From an uncultured Bacillales bacterium (GTDB lineage Bacteria; Bacillota_I; Bacilli_A; RF39; UBA660), in the NCBI GenBank assembly GCA_946623125.1, contig CAMOQR010000001.1, positions 2,178-66,177 on the forward strand: a stretch of 64,000 nucleotides of DNA, written 5' to 3'. The notes under the pieces are model-generated. The model was not told where the DNA came from. It searched no databases and saw only the letters and a list, made by a program, of their open reading frames with translations. This document shows positions 30,416 to 40,106 of this stretch, in pieces. The first letter of the stretch is position 1; each line of letters starts with the position of its first letter. Made by a program: the position numbers and the translations under genes.

Positions 30416-30424
30416 CTCCTAAAT

Positions 30425-30454
30425 ATAGTTTGAGAATAAAATAGCCAATTATAC
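30425..30454 (-). promoter_or_regulatory. Candidate forespore (sigma-G/F-type) promoter for the SASP gene
   Basis: On the minus strand, GTATA-17nt-CAAACTA, against the consensus GHATR-17/18-CATXHTA, about 20 nt upstream of the RBS. Confidence 0.25.
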
Positions 30455-31638
30455 TATAAAATATCAGAAAATTCAGAATCCTCAGATGTTACAATAATAT
30501 CTTCTACGGAATCAACCGCATCAGAAATCATAGAAAGATAATCAAATTTTGCTTCTTCCCTTATAACAGTATCTAAATTTGGATGAATTACAGGATGCTT
30601 TGGCACAAAAACAGTACAACAATCTTCATATGGAAGAATACTTGTTTCATAAGTATCAATATGACGAGCAATATCCATAATCTCCAACTTATCTAAACAA
30701 GCAACTGGGCGAATAACAGGGACAGATGTAACTTCATTTATAACTGACATACTTGTCAACGTTTGAGAAGCAACTTGTCCAATACATTCTCCATTAAAAA
30801 TTGCCATAGCATGATATTTTTTAGAAAGCAAATCCATAATACGATACATCATTCTTCTCATAATCGTAATACAATAATCATCACGACAACTCTTATATAT
30901 CTCTTCTTGAACAGGAGTAAAGTTGACAATATGTAAACAGATAGAATTACAATATACGGACAATTTTTTACATAAAGTAATCACCTTTTCACGAGCCTCT
31001 AAACTAGTATGAGGAATAGCCTCAAAATAAACAGCATCAAGTACAACTCCACGTTTCATAGCCAAATATCCTGCAACAGGAGAATCAATACCTCCACTTA
31101 ACATTAATAAACCTAATGGTTGTGTTCCAACAGGATATCCACCCGCACCAAAATAAGACTGATGATAAATATAAGTATTTTCTTCCCGAATTTCAACCTT
31201 AATCCACAAATCAGGCTGATGTACATCAACTTTAATATTAGGAATATTTTTAAGTAAAAAGCCCCCTAACATAGGATTTAAATCCTGACTATGAATAGGA
31301 AAAGACTTATCACTTCTTTTCGTCTCTATTTTAAAAGTATGAAAATCTTCAACAGAAACAACATCTAATAAAGTCTTCTGAATACTCTCTAAATTAGAAT
31401 CACATACAACAGCAATATGATAAGCATGAATACCAAATATTTTATCCACAATCGATTTGATTTGTTCTAAATCTTTATCTTCAAATAAAATAGTCATCTT
31501 AGCACGATCTTTTTTTATCTGTACAGAAAAAGACTCTAATTTACGACATACATTATGATATAAAGTATTAATAAAATAATTTAAATTTCCTTTCTTAGTC
31601 GTCAATTCCCCATATTTAATTAAAATAACACGCTTCAT
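30454..31638 (-). CDS. thiI: tRNA 4-thiouridine synthase ThiI
   Basis: THUMP domain and PP-loop SGGIDSPVA; thiI-sspA synteny as in B. subtilis. Confidence 0.9.
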   Translation of the reverse strand: MKRVILIKYGELTTKKGNLNYFINTLYHNVCRKLESFSVQIKKDRAKMTILFEDKDLEQIKSIVDKIFGIHAYHIAVVCDSNLESIQKTLLDVVSVEDFHTFKIETKRSDKSFPIHSQDLNPMLGGFLLKNIPNIKVDVHQPDLWIKVEIREENTYIYHQSYFGAGGYPVGTQPLGLLMLSGGIDSPVAGYLAMKRGVVLDAVYFEAIPHTSLEAREKVITLCKKLSVYCNSICLHIVNFTPVQEEIYKSCRDDYCITIMRRMMYRIMDLLSKKYHAMAIFNGECIGQVASQTLTSMSVINEVTSVPVIRPVACLDKLEIMDIARHIDTYETSILPYEDCCTVFVPKHPVIHPNLDTVIREEAKFDYLSMISDAVDSVEDIIVTSEDSEFSDIL

Positions 31639-31691
31639 AGTAAATCACCACATGCATATTTTATCATAGAATAATAAAATATACCATAAAA

Positions 31692-31711
31692 AAATAAGTC
31701 CGATGACTTAT
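31692..31711 (-). terminator. Hairpin overlapping the stop of the 208-aa gene
   Basis: AATAAGTC-CGAT-GACTTATT followed by a T-run on the minus strand. Confidence 0.4.
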
Positions 31712-32334
31712 TCTTCCATTAATTTTTTAGTTCTATAAAAAGTTTTACTAACAATATCTAAAGAGGTCTTTCTACGAATTCCATCTAAGGAACGAGTAGA
31801 TTCATTATAACGATCATTAACCATAAAGATGAAATAATATTCTTCATAATACTCATCAAATACCATTTTTCCAGAATCTTTACAATTATATAACGTAATT
31901 TCTTCAACATCATCACCAGTAAGTTTTTCTTCTGTCCATTCACTCACTTCATAAATAGGAATATCAGAAACATCATTTATTTCATAGTTATCAATAAGAT
32001 ATTTTCCACATTTTAAAGTAGTATAAACATGACCATCTTTAAATACCACCTTTGATGCCTCTTGTGAACAATTACCACTTCCTAAAGTATTTTTAATATC
32101 TTTCATAACCCCTTCATGAATTGCTTCCCCTAAATAGATTGTTTCAACATTAGGAAAAGAATTCTGATTTGTAATCATTGCTTTTGAAAAAGAAGATGCA
32201 TTCTCTCGAAATGCTGTCAACTTTTGAGTACTTGCACCTCCAAGTGTTGTATACATTAAAATTGCCATAACCACCAAAATCAACACAATTACAACCATAA
32301 CCTCTTTTGTTCCAAAACCCTTATTATTTTTCAT
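31708..32334 (-). CDS. Hypothetical protein with a prepilin-like N-terminus
   Basis: MKNNKG|FGTKEVMVVIVLILVVMAILMY: basic leader ending in Gly, Phe at +1, Glu at +5, and a hydrophobic helix, followed by a 170-aa soluble domain. Confidence 0.4.
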   Translation of the reverse strand: MKNNKGFGTKEVMVVIVLILVVMAILMYTTLGGASTQKLTAFRENASSFSKAMITNQNSFPNVETIYLGEAIHEGVMKDIKNTLGSGNCSQEASKVVFKDGHVYTTLKCGKYLIDNYEINDVSDIPIYEVSEWTEEKLTGDDVEEITLYNCKDSGKMVFDEYYEEYYFIFMVNDRYNESTRSLDGIRRKTSLDIVSKTFYRTKKLMEE

Positions 32335-34042
32335 ATAACCCTCTCAACTTTCTATATATATTTTCGTCAACAAACGACATTGCTTTAACAGAAATTTCTA
32401 AAGAACCTCTGTAATCGCCCTTATAAAATCTACTTTCAGCATCACATATACTCTCATTAACCTCCTGATAAGTAGAACGATATCGATTGATATAAACCAT
32501 AACTGTCTCAGCAAGTTCTGCATTACGAACCATTTCATTTGTTGTATTATATAGTTTTAATACCAAATCACGTGCTGTATCAACTCTTGTATTCAAAGTT
32601 TTAATAACAATTGGTTTTCTCTCAAGCTCTCGTATAACCTCTAAAATTGCCTCATTGGCTTCATGAAGTTGTACAAAATAATTATCTGTTACAACAGGTA
32701 ATTTATAACTACGAATTTTTGCTTTACAATTTTTTAAGAATCCCTGAATTTCATCTAATTGCTCACGAGCACGTAATTCATCATCATACATATTACCAAG
32801 AGATTTTAATGCACAATCAAAATCATTTTCCATTGTAACCAAACGATTTGTAAGATTCTCAACTTCCTCACTTAACATAGAATAAGGGCAAGACTTCGTT
32901 TCTTCTTTCTGAATCATCTTTTTGTAATCATCATTAATAACAACTAAAATCTTATTAACCTCATGAATAACCTCAATATCTTCATCTTTTAAATCATACA
33001 TTTTTTTAATATCATCTAATTGTTCATAAACATCTTTAACAAGATTATTGGTCTTATCAAGTCTTTTTGCAAAATCAGTAGAAACTTCTTCATATAACTT
33101 ACGAGATAATCTTTCTTTTTCAAAATCTATAAACAAAGAATCATAATATTCCAACATCGTTTTTAAGTCAAACATACAACCTTCTAGATTAATCATACGA
33201 ACTTTATCTAAGATTCTTTCAATGTTTTTACGAGACTCATCAATATTATATTCTATATTTAAATAATCAAGAACAAACCCTTTTTCAACCATATCGTGAT
33301 AATTTGCTTCAACTTCCCTCATACGATTTGGAATAACTGTCTGACTCATTAATAATACATCTGGAAGCTCCTTAATCAAAATTTCCATATGATCAATCAT
33401 ATTATCTAAAGCCTTACAAATATGAACAACCTCGTTATAATCATTTACTTCCATAACTTTTTCAAAATCTAAAAAACGCTTCTCTATATTTTCAAGTTGC
33501 ATCTCAACAGATTCTTGCATAAATCCATATAATTCACGATGCTCATGAAACTCTCGATTTAGTGCACGATATTTAGATTTTAACTTAATAACAATAGAAC
33601 GATACTTTTCTTCACTTAAAGTAATATCTTTAATTTGTTCAAGAAGATGCTCTGCAGCCTCACGTACTTTATAAATTTCAATCTCAGTTTTCGCAATACG
33701 ATAACCACAAGATTTATAATCTTTCTTCTCAACATAAACATCTAAATCAATTAACATATCATCAATTACAGTAAGACGCTTATCCCGAATATAATCAAAA
33801 CGATCATGCCATTCAGTATACTTTTCTTCCATTTTATCATTTTTAATAATAGGTTCAACCTTAGATAACTCTAACAAAACAGGAGTTGAGGCAACCTGAT
33901 TTCTTTGAACTTCTAATTCTTTTAATTTATTCTTATAGAAACGAGCCTCCATACGACGAATAATATGAAGTATAATAATAACAATAGTCAAAGCAACAAT
34001 GATAGTAGAACCAATAATAAGAAACTGACCTTGCATATACAC
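32324..34042 (-). CDS. ezrA: Septation-ring formation regulator EzrA
   Basis: N-terminal TM, about 570-aa coiled-coil/spectrin-like protein, in the EzrA position near rpsD. Confidence 0.8.
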   Translation of the reverse strand: MYMQGQFLIIGSTIIVALTIVIIILHIIRRMEARFYKNKLKELEVQRNQVASTPVLLELSKVEPIIKNDKMEEKYTEWHDRFDYIRDKRLTVIDDMLIDLDVYVEKKDYKSCGYRIAKTEIEIYKVREAAEHLLEQIKDITLSEEKYRSIVIKLKSKYRALNREFHEHRELYGFMQESVEMQLENIEKRFLDFEKVMEVNDYNEVVHICKALDNMIDHMEILIKELPDVLLMSQTVIPNRMREVEANYHDMVEKGFVLDYLNIEYNIDESRKNIERILDKVRMINLEGCMFDLKTMLEYYDSLFIDFEKERLSRKLYEEVSTDFAKRLDKTNNLVKDVYEQLDDIKKMYDLKDEDIEVIHEVNKILVVINDDYKKMIQKEETKSCPYSMLSEEVENLTNRLVTMENDFDCALKSLGNMYDDELRAREQLDEIQGFLKNCKAKIRSYKLPVVTDNYFVQLHEANEAILEVIRELERKPIVIKTLNTRVDTARDLVLKLYNTTNEMVRNAELAETVMVYINRYRSTYQEVNESICDAESRFYKGDYRGSLEISVKAMSFVDENIYRKLRGLYEK

Positions 34043-34139
34043 ACCTCAATTCTATACATAATCATTTTAACACAAAAATAAGTCTTTTTTCTACAAAAAA
34101 AGTAAAATAATAAAACTTAGTAAAAAACAATTGATTTTC

Positions 34140-34168
34140 TTGACAATATCATCATTTTGACATATAAT
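34140..34168 (+). promoter_or_regulatory. Sigma-A promoter for rpsD (TTGACA-17-TATAAT)
   Basis: Exact consensus hexamers with a 17-nt spacer. Confidence 0.55.
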
Positions 34169-34312
34169 TAAAAATGCAAATTTCTTGAAACAGCAACTCT
34201 GGAATATATTAATGTGTTCTTCAAAAATAAGTAGCGATAGCTGTTTAAGTGAAAGAAGAACTCCCTAATATATGACCAAGTATTCAAGGTTTGTAAGAAA
34301 GGAAGAAAAAAA
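34169..34312 (+). promoter_or_regulatory. rpsD 5' leader (candidate S4 autoregulatory site)
   Basis: The leader of about 145 nt lies between the promoter and the RBS. B. subtilis rpsD is autoregulated through its leader. The structure here was not verified. Confidence 0.3.
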
Positions 34313-34915
34313 ATGGCAAGATATACTGGACCAAGTTACAAAAAAGCACGTCATGTTGGTTTTTCAACAAGTGAAACAGGAAAAGAATTAGCACGTCGTC
34401 CATATGGACCAGGACAACATGGAAATGACAGAAAAGGAAAATTATCAGATTATGGAACACAATTAAAAGAAAAACAAAAAGTACGTTTCATGTATGGAGT
34501 TAATGAAAGACAATTCAGAAAAACTTTTGAAGAAGCAGCAAAAATGAAAGGAATTCAAGGTACAAACTTCTTACGTTTACTAGAATCAAGATTAGACAAT
34601 GTTGTATACCGTATAGGTTTTGCTACAACTCGTCGTGGAGCAAGACAATTAGTTAATCATGGTCATGTAACAGTAAATGGTAAAAAAGTAAATATTCCAT
34701 CATATCGTGTTAAACCAGGAGATGTAGTTGCAATGAAAGAAAATGATAAAAATCTTAAAATTGTTGCAGAATCTCTTGCAAAAGTAACAAAACGTGTAGA
34801 ATTCATTAACTATGATGAAGGTAAAATGGAAGCAACATATGTAAGAATGCCTGAAAGAAATGAATTAAATGCAGATATCAATGAAGCATTAATCGTTGAA
34901 TTCTATAACAAATAA
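34313..34915 (+). CDS. rpsD: 30S ribosomal protein S4
   Basis: MARYTGPSYKKARHVGFS..., 200 aa. Confidence 0.95.
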   Translation: MARYTGPSYKKARHVGFSTSETGKELARRPYGPGQHGNDRKGKLSDYGTQLKEKQKVRFMYGVNERQFRKTFEEAAKMKGIQGTNFLRLLESRLDNVVYRIGFATTRRGARQLVNHGHVTVNGKKVNIPSYRVKPGDVVAMKENDKNLKIVAESLAKVTKRVEFINYDEGKMEATYVRMPERNELNADINEALIVEFYNK

Positions 34916-34945
34916 AAGAACTTTTAAAGTTCTTTTTTTTTATTC
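34916..34945. terminator. Bidirectional terminator after rpsD
   Basis: AAAGAACTTTTAAAGTTCTTT followed by T9. Confidence 0.55.
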
Positions 34946-36139
34946 AACACTTAATACCTTAAGTGCCCTACTATATCGAATAAATTTACTCATATAACTA
35001 CCATCTTCATAAGAAGAATAACCAACAACTAAATAACCATCATTCTTATAAATAATATCTGTAAAATAATCATCACGATCATCCCCATAAGAAACGCTAT
35101 CTACATATTTTAAATTTTTATCATATTTAGCAACAATACCATCATAATTATATTCACTAATCCCATTTTCTTTTTTAGGTATTGCTATTGTACCAATTGC
35201 CACAATAGAATCATGATCATCAACAACTAACTTATGAAACCTCTCATTACCATCACCTACATAAACAACTTGAGAAATAAAATTACCATCAAAATCATAT
35301 TGTGCAATAATAGCATCATGATTATGAGAATCATTATCAATAGATCCACTTACATAAATAGAATCATTAAAAGAAACAATTCCACTAAAACCTAAAGAAT
35401 CAGTTTTTTGATATTCAGAAGAATTCAAATAATTACCATCTAAATCATATTGAACAAGAACTCCAACATTATAATCATTCACTCCAACAACATAAATACG
35501 ATCATTTAAAACAATTAAATCATTAAATATAGAACACTTACTACTACCATAGGTTTTACTCCAAAGTAAATCACCTTTACGATCATATTTGACAAGAATA
35601 GCACCACCATTCTTACTACCAACTTTAGTATTCTTGTAAATACTTTGTCCAGATACAAGATAGCCATCATCAACTTTTACAATACTTGTAAACTTCGAAT
35701 TATCTAATATTTGAAAATCATTTTCAAAAATAATGTTACCATCTTTATCATACTTTACAATAAGTGCTCGTCGAATAGAATCATTATGATCATCCTCATC
35801 TTTTTCATAACTACCTACTGCAATTAAATCATCCTCATCAATTACCACTCCAAAAAAAGCACTATTGTAACCAACATTATATAATTTTTCAAACGTCTTT
35901 TGACGTTTTTTATCATACTTAGAAATCTTAGCCTTTTCATAATGATTACTATTATCATTATTACTTCCAACAGCAACATAATAAGAATCAGTAGAAGAAA
36001 GTGCATTAACACCTTCAAAATATACATCAGTAGAAGAATTTATAAATAATTGATACGTAAAATAACAAATCTCCATAAATAAAACAATAATACATATAAA
36101 TGCAATCATCTTAAGATTTTTCAACTTTCTACGATTCAT
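34940..36139 (-). CDS. N-terminally anchored repeat (beta-propeller-like) protein
   Basis: N-terminal TM. At least five repeats: KYD.DGN...W/Y plus GYL(V)(V/S)G motifs (VKYDKDGNIIF, VKYDRKGDLLW, VQYDLDGNYL, AQYDFDGNFI, AKYDKNLKYV). Confidence 0.45.
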   Translation of the reverse strand: MNRRKLKNLKMIAFICIIVLFMEICYFTYQLFINSSTDVYFEGVNALSSTDSYYVAVGSNNDNSNHYEKAKISKYDKKRQKTFEKLYNVGYNSAFFGVVIDEDDLIAVGSYEKDEDDHNDSIRRALIVKYDKDGNIIFENDFQILDNSKFTSIVKVDDGYLVSGQSIYKNTKVGSKNGGAILVKYDRKGDLLWSKTYGSSKCSIFNDLIVLNDRIYVVGVNDYNVGVLVQYDLDGNYLNSSEYQKTDSLGFSGIVSFNDSIYVSGSIDNDSHNHDAIIAQYDFDGNFISQVVYVGDGNERFHKLVVDDHDSIVAIGTIAIPKKENGISEYNYDGIVAKYDKNLKYVDSVSYGDDRDDYFTDIIYKNDGYLVVGYSSYEDGSYMSKFIRYSRALKVLSVE

Positions 36140-36206
36140 ACCAAGACTCCTATCTATATATAATATAACATTATTTTATAAAAAAAGAAAATACAAAAAG
36201 TATTTT

Positions 36207-37442
36207 CTATGATACATATTCTCCAATAAAATATTTCTTTTTTCCACGGCGAATAACAACATATTTAGAATCAATACAAACATCTTTTGTTAACATAAAA
36301 TCAAAATCAGTAACTTTAACACCATTAACAGAAATAGAATTATTAGAAATAAATTCACGAGCCTCTCTCTTACTAGAACAAACTTTACCATATACTAATA
36401 AATCAACAAGATTCATATCAGTATCAATTGTAAAAGGAGTTAAACCTTTAAAAGCAACTTCACATTCTTTAGAAGTAAAGGATTGAATATCTCCACTAAA
36501 TAAACTCTCGCTAATCTTAACTGCCTCTAAATAACTATCTTCTCCATGTAAATCACAAATAATTTCACGTGCAAGTGCTTTATGAGCCTCACGAAGTTCA
36601 GGATGTTCCTTATTTTTCTTTTCTAATTCTAAAATTTCATCAACAGATAAAAAAGTAAAAATTTTTAAATAATCAATTACCATTTCATCATCTACATTAA
36701 TTAAATATTGATATAACTCGTAAGAGGAAGTTTTCTTCTCATCTAACCATAATGCATTTCCCTCACTCTTACCAAATTTATGTCCATACTTATCTAAAAC
36801 CAAAGGCATTGTAAATGCATAAGCATCTTTTCCCAGTTTCTTTTTGATTAAATCAATACCAGTTGTAATATTTCCCCATTGATCAGATCCCTCAACTTGC
36901 ATAATACAATTTTTATGTTCATATAGCCATAAAAAGTCATAACCCTGAATAATCATATAAGCAAATTCTGCAAATGTAATACCAGTTTCAAGTCGACGTT
37001 TAATAATATCTTTATCAAGCATATAGTTAACAGTAATATATTTTCCAACATCCCTTAAAACATCAGTATATTCATATCCTTTAAACCAGTCATAATTATT
37101 AACAACTTCTGCTTTACCATCAAAAATTTTAACAACCTGTTCCCTAATCCCTGCAAGATTCTCATTTAATTTTTCCTTCGTAATAATCTCTCTTTCTGCT
37201 GTAGGTCTAGGATCACCAATAAGTCCTGTTGCTCCACCACATAATAGAATAGGATGATGTCCATATTTTGCAAGTCTCTTAGCAGTAACCAAACTAGAAT
37301 AATGTCCTAAATGCAGAGAATCAGCAGTTGGATCTGTTCCCCAATAAAAAGTAATTCTTTCATTATTTAACTTATCTGCAATATCTTCTCCAGCAACATC
37401 TTTAATTAAACCTCTCCATTGTAATTCTTCAAAAAAAGTCAT
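36207..37442 (-). CDS. tyrS: Tyrosine--tRNA ligase
   Basis: HIGH-type motif (LHLGHY), KMSKS-type motif (KFGKS), and a C-terminal S4 domain. Confidence 0.95.
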   Translation of the reverse strand: MTFFEELQWRGLIKDVAGEDIADKLNNERITFYWGTDPTADSLHLGHYSSLVTAKRLAKYGHHPILLCGGATGLIGDPRPTAEREIITKEKLNENLAGIREQVVKIFDGKAEVVNNYDWFKGYEYTDVLRDVGKYITVNYMLDKDIIKRRLETGITFAEFAYMIIQGYDFLWLYEHKNCIMQVEGSDQWGNITTGIDLIKKKLGKDAYAFTMPLVLDKYGHKFGKSEGNALWLDEKKTSSYELYQYLINVDDEMVIDYLKIFTFLSVDEILELEKKNKEHPELREAHKALAREIICDLHGEDSYLEAVKISESLFSGDIQSFTSKECEVAFKGLTPFTIDTDMNLVDLLVYGKVCSSKREAREFISNNSISVNGVKVTDFDFMLTKDVCIDSKYVVIRRGKKKYFIGEYVS

Positions 37443-37984
37443 TTTCTTTCCTCCTCTAATTTTAAATCATATATTTTATCTAATGAATAACCATAATCCA
37501 AATAGATACCTTCTACATCCCTTGTAGTACAATCTTCTCTCTGAAATCCTAATACTTCTAAAGTATGATAAACTGCATCTTCACTTGAACCTTCAATTTC
37601 CAAATAAGTAGGAATCATAGGCCAACTATCAATATCAATCTCAACCCCATTTAAAATATATTGAATTCTTCGATTTTCTTGATAGCCCTTTGCTTCATAA
37701 CCCAACTCTTTTAAAATCAAATGGCAACGTTCAAAATTATCAACTTCAATTTCTAATTCTTGAGTACCATCAATTTTAGAAGAAACTAAATTCTTAATAG
37801 TAAGAGTAGAAACATCACCATTAGTACGTAAGCGAATCCATTTACTAGGAGATTTAGGTTTAAAATCATAAACATATCTCTTTTGCAAAGAATCAAACTC
37901 AAATTGTGCATGCAAACTCTCTAATTTTTTTATAATATCTTTAGAATCAATTTCTAATATACGAACCTCATATTCAGTATGCAT
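37439..37984 (-). CDS. CYTH-domain protein (triphosphate tunnel metalloenzyme / CyaB-like)
   Basis: N-terminal EYEVRILEI (ExExK-like) and about 180 aa of CYTH topology. It overlaps the tyrS start by 4 nt and is the first gene after the T-box leader. Confidence 0.65.
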   Translation of the reverse strand: MHTEYEVRILEIDSKDIIKKLESLHAQFEFDSLQKRYVYDFKPKSPSKWIRLRTNGDVSTLTIKNLVSSKIDGTQELEIEVDNFERCHLILKELGYEAKGYQENRRIQYILNGVEIDIDSWPMIPTYLEIEGSSEDAVYHTLEVLGFQREDCTTRDVEGIYLDYGYSLDKIYDLKLEEERK

Positions 37985-37994
37985 AAAAACACCT

Positions 37995-38215
37995 CCAAAA
38001 AAAAAGCAAATCTTATCCTAAGGACGAAGATTCGCGGTACCACCTTAATTCATGTAAACATGCACTTAATACTTTAACGCAGTAAACGATTTTTCTCCAA
38101 ATAATGTAATTCATACCTTATAAATCTCTTAGTTTCCACCAACCACTAAGTCTCTATAAACAATATAAGTACTACTGAGTTATTCATCAACAAAAATTGA
38201 TAAAAATAATATATC
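37995..38215 (-). promoter_or_regulatory. T-box riboswitch leader (Tyr) with promoter, regulating CYTH-tyrS
   Basis: The minus strand carries AATTAAGGTGGTACCGCG (T-box, 38033-38050), a terminator hairpin AATCTTCGTCC...GGATAAGATT followed by U9, UAC triplets in the 5' half, and promoter TTGACT-17-TATATT (38208-38236). Confidence 0.8.
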
Positions 38216-38249
38216 ATTCATAAGAAAAAAAGTCAAAATATTTTGACTT

Positions 38250-38690
38250 TTACTTTTCAGCAGATAATTTTTTTTGTGTCTCTTTAGAAACTTTTATAAC
38301 ATTTTCTAAAACATCATTAGCAGTCTTTTTAAGAATAGGAGTACCTTTTTCCTTTGCTAAATCTACTAATTCTTGAGCCTTTGCTTTTAATTCATTTCCT
38401 TTTTCTTTAGCAATCTCAAGAGCCTTTTCCTTATCTAAATCAACTAATTCCATTTTAATTTCTTCAACTTTTTGATTAAATTCTTTTTTTACTTCTTCAA
38501 TATCAATTTCTTTAGTTTGATTGATAAGTTCATCTAATTTAGCCTTTAAAACCTTTCTTAATTCTTCACCAGTCTTAGGAGCAAATAAAAATCCTAAACC
38601 AACACCAATTGCTGCACCAGCAACAAACTTTCCAAAACCTTTATTACTCATAAATATCCTCCTCCTTTTGATTATATTTAGATTTTCCAA
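38250..38690 (-). CDS. YtxH-like/DUF948-type general-stress membrane-anchored coiled-coil protein
   Basis: N-terminal hydrophobic helix (GKFVAGAAIGVGLGFLFAP) and then an E/K-rich coiled coil. A palindromic terminator AGTCAAAAT-ATTTTGACT lies at 38228-38246. Confidence 0.5.
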   Translation of the reverse strand: MENLNIIKRRRIFMSNKGFGKFVAGAAIGVGLGFLFAPKTGEELRKVLKAKLDELINQTKEIDIEEVKKEFNQKVEEIKMELVDLDKEKALEIAKEKGNELKAKAQELVDLAKEKGTPILKKTANDVLENVIKVSKETQKKLSAEK

Positions 38691-38943
38691 ATAATTTTGA
38701 AATAATATTGGTTACACCAAATACAAAACTATCACTAATACTAGCAATACCATCTGATGCATTTTTTAATACTTTCAAAGCACCATTAAAGGTATTAACC
38801 TTGTTATCAATATTATCTGCAATACGATCAATTTTATCCAATAATTTAATCAATCGTAACCCAACAATGATAAACACAATTAATAATATGATAGCAACGA
38901 TATATAATATGACAGGTAAAAAAACATTTAAAAAAACATCCAT
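38644..38943 (-). CDS. DUF948-like small membrane protein
   Basis: N-terminal TM, about 99 aa, paired upstream of the YtxH-like gene. Confidence 0.45.
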   Translation of the reverse strand: MDVFLNVFLPVILYIVAIILLIVFIIVGLRLIKLLDKIDRIADNIDNKVNTFNGALKVLKNASDGIASISDSFVFGVTNIISKLFGKSKYNQKEEDIYE

Positions 38944-38959
38944 ATAAATCTCCTTTCAA

Positions 38960-40090
38960 TTAATTATTATCTTTATACATGGAATCAATTAAATCAAATA
39001 AATTATCTTCATCATCCAATGTAGTATCAGATTCATTCTTAACTTCAACAATAGGAGTATCCTTTTCTGTAGCATCTTCTTTTACAGGTGCTGGAATAGG
39101 AACAGATTCCTCCTTAACCTCTTCAATAACTTCTGCATCATCAGTTTTCTTAGAAGCACCCTTGCTACTTGCATCAACATAATCAACATTATATTCAAGT
39201 CCTAAATCTTGAAAATACTCCATAGCATCTCCCATGGTTATTTCTTTTACTTCAGGCTTTTCGTTATCATCACTTAAATCAACAAAAAGATTTTCCTCTT
39301 CATCTTCTACAACAACATCAGAAACATTCTCTTTTTTTTCAGGCTCTGGAGCACTTCTCCTACCATATGCCTTATTACGAATGTCATCTACATTCACATT
39401 AGTTCTTGAATAACTAGACGTAATACGAATATCTTTTTTCTGAACAACATCTTCCTTCTTATAGTTCTTATCCAATATTCCATAAATTGGTGAAATAATA
39501 GGACTAGGTTTAAAATAAGTTTTATCATCTTTCGTTTCATAAGAACCATATTCTTTAATAGAAACATGATAAGAAGGATCCATTCCATAAGGACGACTTT
39601 CTCTTTCTTTCACCTTATAATTATCAATAACAGAAGATGGAACATCAACGTTTTGAACAGGAGATACGCCCCGATAAGAATTTGAGTATCTAGGTTGTTC
39701 AACAGAAACATTTGTCTGAAGAACAGGAGTATCCACAACAGGATTCAAAACCTCGACCTCATCAAGATTCTCTATAATTTTAGGTTCATCATCCACTTGA
39801 AAATCAGCATCATCCATAAACTTGAAAGAATTAGTCTCAGGAACTTTTTCCATATCATCTTTTGGTCTAGATTCAAAATTTTTATCCACCAATTCTTCCT
39901 CTTGGATTTTTTCAACTTTTTCTTCTCTCTTACCAGGTAAAACTATTTTCTTAGCAATAGGTTTCTCTTCTGTTAAATTAGTCTCATTCTTTTCAACAGA
40001 TTTACTTTTTTTATCTTTTTTAGGTTTGTCTTCCACTTCAACATATTCTACCTCAAATAGAGCATTCTTTATCTTATCAAATACACCCAT
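38960..40090 (-). CDS. Hypothetical acidic, low-complexity (probably disordered) protein
   Basis: MGVFDKIKNALF... with E/D/K/P-rich segments; RBS GAGGTGA. Confidence 0.45.
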   Translation of the reverse strand: MGVFDKIKNALFEVEYVEVEDKPKKDKKSKSVEKNETNLTEEKPIAKKIVLPGKREEKVEKIQEEELVDKNFESRPKDDMEKVPETNSFKFMDDADFQVDDEPKIIENLDEVEVLNPVVDTPVLQTNVSVEQPRYSNSYRGVSPVQNVDVPSSVIDNYKVKERESRPYGMDPSYHVSIKEYGSYETKDDKTYFKPSPIISPIYGILDKNYKKEDVVQKKDIRITSSYSRTNVNVDDIRNKAYGRRSAPEPEKKENVSDVVVEDEEENLFVDLSDDNEKPEVKEITMGDAMEYFQDLGLEYNVDYVDASSKGASKKTDDAEVIEEVKEESVPIPAPVKEDATEKDTPIVEVKNESDTTLDDEDNLFDLIDSMYKDNN

Positions 40091-40106
40091 GAGTTCACCT
40101 CTTCAA

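Noticed and set aside
38960-40090. SepF/FtsA-like assignment for the 376-aa acidic protein, based on its MGVFDKIKNALF N-terminus.
   Set aside because: The C-terminal region shows none of the conserved SepF or FtsA motifs, so it is left as hypothetical.
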